Of a stretch of DNA of 24,014 nt, positions 9,279-16,847 are shown one piece after another; position 1 is the stretch's first letter, and every line of letters begins with the position of its first letter. A program made the translations under genes and the position numbers. The notes under the pieces are model-generated. The model was given only the letters and a program-made list of their open reading frames with translations, did not search any database and was not told the DNA's origin. This DNA is from a virus (Duplodnaviria > Caudoviricetes). Location: the IMG/VR virus record IMGVR_UViG_3300030059_002771, positions 1 through 24,014 of that record; one strand, given 5' to 3'.

Positions 9279-12200
9279 ATGGCAGAAATTAAAAACAGTT
9301 TTCTTAAATCCAAGATGAATAAAGACTTGGATGATAGATTATTACCTAGTGGTGAATATAGAGACGCACGTAACATATCTGTAGGAAAATCAGAAGATGA
9401 TGACATTGGTGCTTTAGAGACAGTTTTAGGCAATATACCTTTGACTAATCTAGATGATACTAGTCTAAAATGTATAGGTACTTTTGCTGATGAATCAAGA
9501 AAACAAATATATGTTTTTTACACTGATTATATAGGTACTTCTTTAATTCCCGGAGAAACTGCTCAAAACTATATATACATTTTTAAACCTAGTGACAATA
9601 CTTTTACAAAGATTGTTGAAGGAAAATTTCTAAATTTTCATAAAGACTTTCCTATAAGCGGAATAAACTTATTAGAAGAATTATTATTTTTTACAGATGA
9701 TAGGAATCAACCAAGAAAAATAAACATTACAAGAAGATTAGGTTATTATACTTTAGAGAATCAAATATCTGTTGCAAAATATAATCCTTATAAACCTATA
9801 GAGTTAGTTCAATACACTACCGCAACCGCTACCGGAGTAGGTACAACAAATCCAAATACTTTTAATATTAACTTTTTAACTCAAAGAGTTACTGCATCAG
9901 CTTCAAATGCTTCAAACATCGTAACACTAACTGCTGCGGCTGTTGGTCAGACAGTTCCTCCATCCGTTGGTGATTTGGTTTCTGTTGGAACCTTTTGCTA
10001 TGTAACCGCTGTAATTGGAAATGTAATTTATCTAAGTAGTAATCAAAGTGTTGCAGCTGGAGTTACAATAAGCTTTTATCCCGGTCTTTTACTTGGTTCA
10101 AGAGTTGTATGCGCAACAATACCTTATAACGAGTACGATTATGTAACTGGATTTACTGCCGCTACTGGTACAGTTGGTTTAGGAAGTTATGGAGTTACTT
10201 CTTTAGCGGCTGGTGAAGTAGTTGCTTTTGTTAAAACTACAATGAGTAATGAAACAACTAACACTGATTGGCCAGGAGATCCTAAACAATTAGAAGATAA
10301 ATTTGTAAGGTTTAGTTATAGGTTTCAGTTTGATGATGGAGAATATTCTATCATAGCACCATATACTCAAATAGCTTTTGTACCTAAGCAACAAGGTTTT
10401 TTTATAAGCGGAAATCAAGAAGATGCTTTTAGAAGTAGTATTCTTGCTTGGATGGAAAACAATATACAAAACGTTGAACTAATAGTTCCTTTGCCTGATC
10501 AAGCTAGCAATTTAGGTACTGAAAATGGTTCTACATATAAAATAAAAGCTATTGATTTAATATATAAAGAAGCAAATTCTTTATCAACTAAAGTTTTAGA
10601 AACTGTACCTATATCCACTGTTAACTGTGGAGACTGTATAGACACTAAACAACTTTATACTTTTACATATAAATATCAATCAAGAAAACCTTACAGAACA
10701 TTACCTACCGTACAAACCACAAGAGTTTTTGATAAAGTTCCAGTAAGAGCTTTAGCTCAAGCAACTTCAGGAAATAGAATTATATATGGTAATTTTTGGG
10801 ATCAACACACACCACCTAATACATTAAGCTATAGGGTTGGAGTATCTAATAAATTAGTTACAACACCATATAAAACATGGGCAGAATACCCTAATCATTC
10901 ATTAAAACAAAACAGAACTTATCAAGTTGGGTTTATATTAGCAGATAAATGGGGTAGACAGTCTTCAGTATTGTTATCTTCAGTTGATAAAAATTTAACT
11001 ACAGAAAATGGTGTAGCGTTTGGAGGTTCTACAATTTATAATCCTTACGATAGTGGAGTTTATGTTAATGATAATTTAACTACAACAGGCTTTGGCATTA
11101 GTTTTAATGCACCGACAGATCCAGCTATAGAAATTGGAATGATTGTTCAAGGTGGAGGTATAGCATTAGCAGACAATGTTTTAGTTACAGGGTTTACATC
11201 AAACACTACCATTAGCACAAATAAAAGTATTAGTGTAGCCGCTAGTAAACTTTTATATTTTAATAAAGGGGTTACGGCTGACTGGCCAGGTAACACACTT
11301 AATATTTCTGTAGATTCACCAATTACTTCAGGAATAATAAATACTAGCGTTTCACCAACGCCAACACCTAGTTATCCTAATCCTTCAAATGGGGAACCTG
11401 GTCTATATGCTATACCTACAGGTACTGGAACAGGTATGAATGCTTTGAATGCAAACATAGTTATACTTAACAAAGGTGGTACTTCTAGTGTTTATTCATA
11501 TGCTTTTACCCCTACCATAACAGCAATAAACCCCGTGGCTAATGTTCCAAACGTTGGAGATTATTTAAGAGGTGAAGAAATTGATTATACAGAAATATAC
11601 TCTAGAACTAAAACTGGAACTAGATATGTATTTTTAACTTATGAAAAAATAAATCAAAGATTATATTCAGCTGGACCAGTTGGAAATATAGATAATAAAT
11701 ATGGTTATAAATTAAACCCCACTGGATGGTATTCTTATAAAGTTGTTGTAAAACAACAGGAGCAGGAATATTATAATGTTTTTTTACCTGGTATTATATC
11801 TGGATATCCACAGCAAGTTTTAGGGGCTCTTATATCTAAACCAGGCGTATCTGAAGATAACGGTTTTACTTTTCTAATGACTGCTCAACCTTCTAATCCT
11901 TTTTTTAGTACAAAAAATCAAAGAGTCCAAGTTGGTATGTTAGCGTCTAGTACTCAAATTGGCACTCCTCCTAGTAGTGGTGAGTACGAAGCAACTAGCA
12001 CTGTTATTGTCAATAAAGATCAAACTGGTCTTTTCTCAAAATTTACCACAAGCTCACCTACCAGTATTACTTTGCCTGGTGAGACAATAACTTTTAAATG
12101 GCCGGAAAACCCAGTGGCTTTTCCTATTGATCCAATTGGCGAAACTGCAAATATAGTTTTAATAAATGACAATGTAAACAAAATTCCTAGAGATCTTGTT

Positions 12201-13592
12201 GAGGTTGGGCCTTTACAAAGACAATTTAGAAGTTCAGAACAATTGTTTGCAAGAGTTAACAATAATGACGTTGCTAACAACACACAGTGGTTTCCTGGAA
12301 AAACATCTGACACTGCTATAAGTATAGCGAGTGGTAGCGATAGCAATTTTACAGAGGTTTCTATTCCAGATTTTGAAATACAAGGTATTTATCAATTTGA
12401 TTCAAACCCTTTAATTTGTAGAATATCTGTTCTTGATTCTTATACAACTGTAGCTACTAATACCCGTACATTTAGTGATCCAGATGGAGCTGATATAATG
12501 ACATTTGCAAGTGCTCCTTCCCCACCAATAATACCAGGTATGATTATTTCTTGGAATAAATCAAACGCTGCTAATAATACTCTTTTAGGTTCTGAAGGTG
12601 AAATTTTTAATGAAGGAACAATTTTTGGCGTTGTTACAGCGGTAAATAGTCCTACTGAAATAGTGGCTAAACTTGCGCTTTCGGTTCAATATCAAAATGG
12701 AGCACTCAACTTTACACATACAAAAGGTTATCCATTGTGTGCAGGCCCAGCGCGACCAAAAGGAGTTGGTTTTGCTAGTTGGGATTTTATGCAACCTACT
12801 TTAGCTATTTATGAAACAGAACCTGTTGATTCATTATTAGACTTATACTGGGAATCTTCAACTGCAGGTTTAATTTCTGATTTAAATTCTGATGTTTTAA
12901 ATGGGTTTGACGGAAGTGAGGCTTTTAGTCCAATTACATTTGTTTTAGATGAAAGCATGGCAGATGGAACTGATTTAACAAATTCATTTAATCCTTTATA
13001 TTCTAATGGAAACGATATAGCTAATACTAGTATTAATATGCAGGTTGCAGATGCTAGAGGTGTTAATAGGACAGGCGACTTTACTTTAGTTTCTACACCT
13101 GTTTTAAACGGCACAACTACTTATAAAATTAAATCAAATACGCTTTTTACTTACGTGCATGATTCGTTTGTTAATGACGTATTTACTTTTACAATGGTTG
13201 TAAGTATACTTGGAGGAGTTGGACAAGGAACTGTTAATACAATATTGTTTGACGGGTCATTAAGTAATATTGTGCCAGCAGCCACTCTAGGAACCATAAC
13301 CTCACCTATTAATACAACTAAAGACTTTATAGGTGTTTTAGCTAATTTCTTTGTTTATACTAATGGTTCAATTGATCATGCCGCATATTTTAATGGACTT
13401 CGGTTTACTATAGATCCACCTGTTGCTTATTTTGCGATAGATCCTTATAGTGGTAGATTAAGTAAAACAGCGGTAGCTCCTGCATTTAGCGCAACATTTA
13501 ATGTAAAAATAGATGATGCATGGGACGGCTCTACTTTAGGTCAAGGAAGTAAACAAGCTTCGTTTAATAATTACCAGGTGAATATTACGTAA
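9279..13592 (+). CDS. Tail nozzle/muzzle (stabilisation) protein, N-terminal part with inserted beta modules (1437 aa)
   Basis: Starts with MNKDLDDRLLPSGEYRDARNI. Contains LLFFTDDRNQPRKINI, KFVRFSYRFQFDDGEYS, NRIIYGNF and SLKQNRTYQVGFILADKWGRQS, which match crAss-like muzzle proteins (P22 gp10 / T7 gp12 analogues). Confidence 0.72.
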   Translation: MAEIKNSFLKSKMNKDLDDRLLPSGEYRDARNISVGKSEDDDIGALETVLGNIPLTNLDDTSLKCIGTFADESRKQIYVFYTDYIGTSLIPGETAQNYIYIFKPSDNTFTKIVEGKFLNFHKDFPISGINLLEELLFFTDDRNQPRKINITRRLGYYTLENQISVAKYNPYKPIELVQYTTATATGVGTTNPNTFNINFLTQRVTASASNASNIVTLTAAAVGQTVPPSVGDLVSVGTFCYVTAVIGNVIYLSSNQSVAAGVTISFYPGLLLGSRVVCATIPYNEYDYVTGFTAATGTVGLGSYGVTSLAAGEVVAFVKTTMSNETTNTDWPGDPKQLEDKFVRFSYRFQFDDGEYSIIAPYTQIAFVPKQQGFFISGNQEDAFRSSILAWMENNIQNVELIVPLPDQASNLGTENGSTYKIKAIDLIYKEANSLSTKVLETVPISTVNCGDCIDTKQLYTFTYKYQSRKPYRTLPTVQTTRVFDKVPVRALAQATSGNRIIYGNFWDQHTPPNTLSYRVGVSNKLVTTPYKTWAEYPNHSLKQNRTYQVGFILADKWGRQSSVLLSSVDKNLTTENGVAFGGSTIYNPYDSGVYVNDNLTTTGFGISFNAPTDPAIEIGMIVQGGGIALADNVLVTGFTSNTTISTNKSISVAASKLLYFNKGVTADWPGNTLNISVDSPITSGIINTSVSPTPTPSYPNPSNGEPGLYAIPTGTGTGMNALNANIVILNKGGTSSVYSYAFTPTITAINPVANVPNVGDYLRGEEIDYTEIYSRTKTGTRYVFLTYEKINQRLYSAGPVGNIDNKYGYKLNPTGWYSYKVVVKQQEQEYYNVFLPGIISGYPQQVLGALISKPGVSEDNGFTFLMTAQPSNPFFSTKNQRVQVGMLASSTQIGTPPSSGEYEATSTVIVNKDQTGLFSKFTTSSPTSITLPGETITFKWPENPVAFPIDPIGETANIVLINDNVNKIPRDLVEVGPLQRQFRSSEQLFARVNNNDVANNTQWFPGKTSDTAISIASGSDSNFTEVSIPDFEIQGIYQFDSNPLICRISVLDSYTTVATNTRTFSDPDGADIMTFASAPSPPIIPGMIISWNKSNAANNTLLGSEGEIFNEGTIFGVVTAVNSPTEIVAKLALSVQYQNGALNFTHTKGYPLCAGPARPKGVGFASWDFMQPTLAIYETEPVDSLLDLYWESSTAGLISDLNSDVLNGFDGSEAFSPITFVLDESMADGTDLTNSFNPLYSNGNDIANTSINMQVADARGVNRTGDFTLVSTPVLNGTTTYKIKSNTLFTYVHDSFVNDVFTFTMVVSILGGVGQGTVNTILFDGSLSNIVPAATLGTITSPINTTKDFIGVLANFFVYTNGSIDHAAYFNGLRFTIDPPVAYFAIDPYSGRLSKTAVAPAFSATFNVKIDDAWDGSTLGQGSKQASFNNYQVNIT

Positions 13593-13610
13593 AATAAGTG
13601 ATAATAAACT

Positions 13611-15059
13611 ATGTCAACAACACTACAAGTATCTTATTTTAACACTTTTTGGCTTAAAAAAGTAGATTCTATAACAGCTAACGAACGTAGTGCTTACGCT
13701 TTGTTTAATGAAAATATGTCTGTTTTTGGAGGAGGTGTAAACACAAAAGTTGTTAATTTTCCAGCTGAATTTAATGGATTCGACGCAGCAGGTTTGGGTA
13801 CATTTTATTTTATAACTAAAAATAACGCAAAAGACTGGTACATAGAAGAATCTAGAATAAGAGGAGGTTATAATAATTCAAGTGTAGACTTTGGTGCTAA
13901 AGCATATTTAACAGAAGAGTTTCCTCAAGCTCAGCACAGATTCAATTCTTTAATTTATTCAGGTATATATAATTCTAGAACAGGAGTTAATGAAACAAAT
14001 CAGTTTCCTGTTGGTGAAGCTATAACTAGAAGTCTTGATCCTGCTTATGTTTCTATACAGAAACTTTATGCTCAAAATACTAATTTAACTATTTTTCAAG
14101 AAGAAAAAGTTAGTAAAGCTTTAATAGATAAAGATGCTATATACACTGCTGAAGGTCAAGGTATAACAACTGCTGGCGCTCAAGTGATTGGACAAATAGT
14201 CCCTTATGCTGGTGAGTATGGTATAAGTACAGATCCATTGAGTTTTGCAGTTTACGGTTATAGAATATATTTTACAGATAGAAGAAGAAATTGCGTCTGT
14301 AGATTATCACAAAATGGGATTGAAGAGATATCTTCATTTGGTATGCATGATTACTTTAGAGATGAATTAGCTTCTTTAGACGTTTCTTCAGTTATAGGTG
14401 CTTTTGATGAGCACACAAAAAATTATGTGTTATCAATTCAACAACCGTTCAAGTCAACTCCTATTTCAGACGGCGTGTATACAACTACAGCATTTGATGA
14501 ATCAGTTAAAGGTTGGCCAAGCTTTTTTGACTTTAAGCCAGAGCTAATGACTAGCTTAGGCAGCGAGTTCTTTTCGTTTCATAGAGGAAAAATATATCAA
14601 CATTACACTAATCAAGTAGGTACAAATAATAATTTTGCACAATTTTATGGTGTTACATATGATTCATCTGTAAAAGTAATTTTAAATAGCCAACCATCAG
14701 TAGTTAAAAACTTTAAAACACTTAATTACGAAGGTGCTGAAGGATGGGAAATGTCATCATTAGTGGCTAGTTCAGGTGATATAACTTTTCCAATAACTAA
14801 ATATGTTGCTCAAACAACTTTAGCTGGATTAGAATCAAATATATTTGCAAACAATTTTAAGAAAAAGGAAAGTAAATTTTTCGCAAACTTAGTAAACAAC
14901 TCTCCAGCTACACAAGGAGAAATTTTATTTGGTCAAGAATCTACTGGAGTAAAAGGGTTTTTCTCCACAGTAGTAATGACCTTAAACAATACATTGTATC
15001 CTACAACTAAATCAGAACTGTTTGCAGTTTCTAGTCAGTACGTAGAATCATCATATTAA
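13611..15059 (+). CDS. Tail nozzle/muzzle protein, C-terminal part encoded as a separate gene (482 aa)
   Basis: Propeller-like motifs normally found in the C-terminal part of the muzzle family: IQKLYAQNTNLTIFQEEKV, GEYGISTDPLSF, YFTDRRR, FDESVKGWPSFFDFKPE, VKNFKTLNYEG. Confidence 0.68.
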   Translation: MSTTLQVSYFNTFWLKKVDSITANERSAYALFNENMSVFGGGVNTKVVNFPAEFNGFDAAGLGTFYFITKNNAKDWYIEESRIRGGYNNSSVDFGAKAYLTEEFPQAQHRFNSLIYSGIYNSRTGVNETNQFPVGEAITRSLDPAYVSIQKLYAQNTNLTIFQEEKVSKALIDKDAIYTAEGQGITTAGAQVIGQIVPYAGEYGISTDPLSFAVYGYRIYFTDRRRNCVCRLSQNGIEEISSFGMHDYFRDELASLDVSSVIGAFDEHTKNYVLSIQQPFKSTPISDGVYTTTAFDESVKGWPSFFDFKPELMTSLGSEFFSFHRGKIYQHYTNQVGTNNNFAQFYGVTYDSSVKVILNSQPSVVKNFKTLNYEGAEGWEMSSLVASSGDITFPITKYVAQTTLAGLESNIFANNFKKKESKFFANLVNNSPATQGEILFGQESTGVKGFFSTVVMTLNNTLYPTTKSELFAVSSQYVESSY

Positions 15060-15082
15060 TAAACGAATGAAAAACTTAAACA

Positions 15083-15733
15083 ATGGGACTATTTAGTGGT
15101 ATAGGTAAAATGATAGGCGGTTTTGCTAAAAGAGGCGCGGCTAGAAGAGCTCAAAGAGCTGCTAGGGCAGAAAAAGATGCACATACAAATACATTAAAAA
15201 GCTTAGAAAGTAGTAGACAAGCTGTGGTTAATCCATATGACAGCGTAAAAGATCAATCAGGCAAGCTAAGTAATCCGTTTGCTAGTCTAGGTGTTTCTAC
15301 AGCGGCTGCAGACATGCAAGCAGAACAAACAGATGTTGCATTGGCAAACACGCTAGATACTATTAGATCTACAGGAGGTGGAGCTGGTGGAGCAACTGCA
15401 TTAGCTCAAGCCGCTTTACAAAGTAAAAAAGGTGTTGCTGCTAGTATAGAAGGTCAAGAAGCTGCAAATGCAAAAATGAAAGCACAAGGTCAGCAATCTT
15501 TAGAAAGAGCAGAAGTTGCCGAAGGCGCAAGAACTCAATCTTTAGAGGGTCAAGGAAAAGCCTTTAAGTTTAATGCGGGTGAAAGAAGAGAAAATGATAA
15601 AATACAGTACACTAGAAAACTAAGAGATACTGCGCAAGCAAGAGAACTTGGAGCTGCACAAGCAAAAGCAAATGCTGTAGGTGATATAGCTGGTGGTTTA
15701 GGTGGAATTGCTGATACTGCATTCGGTACATAA
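15083..15733 (+). CDS. Putative small ejection/pilot protein (216 aa)
   Basis: Ala/Gly/Gln-rich, no Cys, amphipathic Gly-rich termini, GGGAGGATALAQAAL core. First gene after the nozzle, the slot held by T7 gp14 / P22 gp7. Confidence 0.6.
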   Translation: MGLFSGIGKMIGGFAKRGAARRAQRAARAEKDAHTNTLKSLESSRQAVVNPYDSVKDQSGKLSNPFASLGVSTAAADMQAEQTDVALANTLDTIRSTGGGAGGATALAQAALQSKKGVAASIEGQEAANAKMKAQGQQSLERAEVAEGARTQSLEGQGKAFKFNAGERRENDKIQYTRKLRDTAQARELGAAQAKANAVGDIAGGLGGIADTAFGT

Positions 15734-15743
15734 AAAACATAAC

Positions 15744-16838
15744 ATGGGTCTAAAAGAAAAATTATTAGAAAATAAAGCATTAAACGAAGAAAACCAGTTT
15801 AAAGTTTCAGAACAGCAATCAAACATGCCTTATGAATTAGGTTATGACTATGATACTGATCAAGAAGTAAATTACGATTCTCTTTATCAACCTTACATAC
15901 ATGAATATGCAGATCTTCAATTAAAGTTAGATACTGGTAAATCTGAATATCCTGCTAGAGATAGACAAAGAGTTAAAGACATTACTGGAAGTGTAGAAGT
16001 AATTAGAGAAGCTTTAGAAAATGTAATGGGTACTACAGAGGTTTGGAATACAGCTGTTATATTATCAGGTGGAATGGGAGGAGTTGATTTAATGGGAACT
16101 CCACCTAGTAGATATAAGTCTATTAATATTTTAGCTGATGAACTAAAAGGAGTTATAAACATTTTAGCCGTAGATGATGACATAACTAAATTAGCTTGGG
16201 ATATATATGACGATGAAGTTCAATTTATAGAAAGAATATATTTAAGTAAATTAAATAAGCTTTCTCAAACTCAAGGTATGTTTATAAAAATACCAGATAC
16301 AGCTCCACAAAATAATGATTTTAAAAAATTAAGTTCTGAAATATTTGAAAGTAAACAAATAGGTCAAGACTCAGACAACAAAGCTTTAACAGGTGGTGTT
16401 ACAGAATCTTATAGAAAAATTAAAGAAGATGGAAGCTTAGAGTTAATTTCTAAGAAAATGAAAGGTGGCATGGAGCAACAATTTTATATTGTAGACAAAC
16501 AAGCTATAAGAAATAGCATGCAGTTTCAAGCTGAAATGAATAAAATAACTGCAGGATTAGTAGGTTCCCATCAAAGTTCTGACGAAGTAATAGCTTTCAA
16601 TAATAATATTTTAGCAGAAGTTACTAGTAATTATCTCACACCTGGCCAAGCACTAAAACCTAAACAGTTAAAAACATTTCAAGAAGATTATAAGACTTGG
16701 TTTTTAGAAAAAGAAGTTGCTAAAGAAATTCCATATGGAGAGCCTGTGTCTAGTGCAAAAGGTTTATCTAAAGAGGAAAATGCATTAGCAGCAGAAGAAG
16801 AAGAAGTAGAATCACAAGAAGAAGAAGCAATGGTTTAA
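15744..16838 (+). CDS. Putative middle ejection protein (~364 aa; start reassigned from 15702 to 15744)
   Basis: ATG at 15744 (MGLKEK...) follows the upstream stop at 15733 with an A-rich leader and A at -3, and avoids a 32-nt overlap. Cys-free, helical-looking, acidic tail. Confidence 0.55.
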   Translation: MGLKEKLLENKALNEENQFKVSEQQSNMPYELGYDYDTDQEVNYDSLYQPYIHEYADLQLKLDTGKSEYPARDRQRVKDITGSVEVIREALENVMGTTEVWNTAVILSGGMGGVDLMGTPPSRYKSINILADELKGVINILAVDDDITKLAWDIYDDEVQFIERIYLSKLNKLSQTQGMFIKIPDTAPQNNDFKKLSSEIFESKQIGQDSDNKALTGGVTESYRKIKEDGSLELISKKMKGGMEQQFYIVDKQAIRNSMQFQAEMNKITAGLVGSHQSSDEVIAFNNNILAEVTSNYLTPGQALKPKQLKTFQEDYKTWFLEKEVAKEIPYGEPVSSAKGLSKEENALAAEEEEVESQEEEAMV

Positions 16839-16847
16839 AATTATTTT

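Noticed and set aside
13590-13610. Readthrough or a sequencing error joining the two nozzle ORFs
   Set aside because: There are four in-frame stop codons, and the second ORF has its own good start context.
15702-15743. Track start at 15702 for the 378-aa ORF
   Set aside because: It overlaps the upstream gene and has a G-rich context. ATG 15744 has the typical leader.
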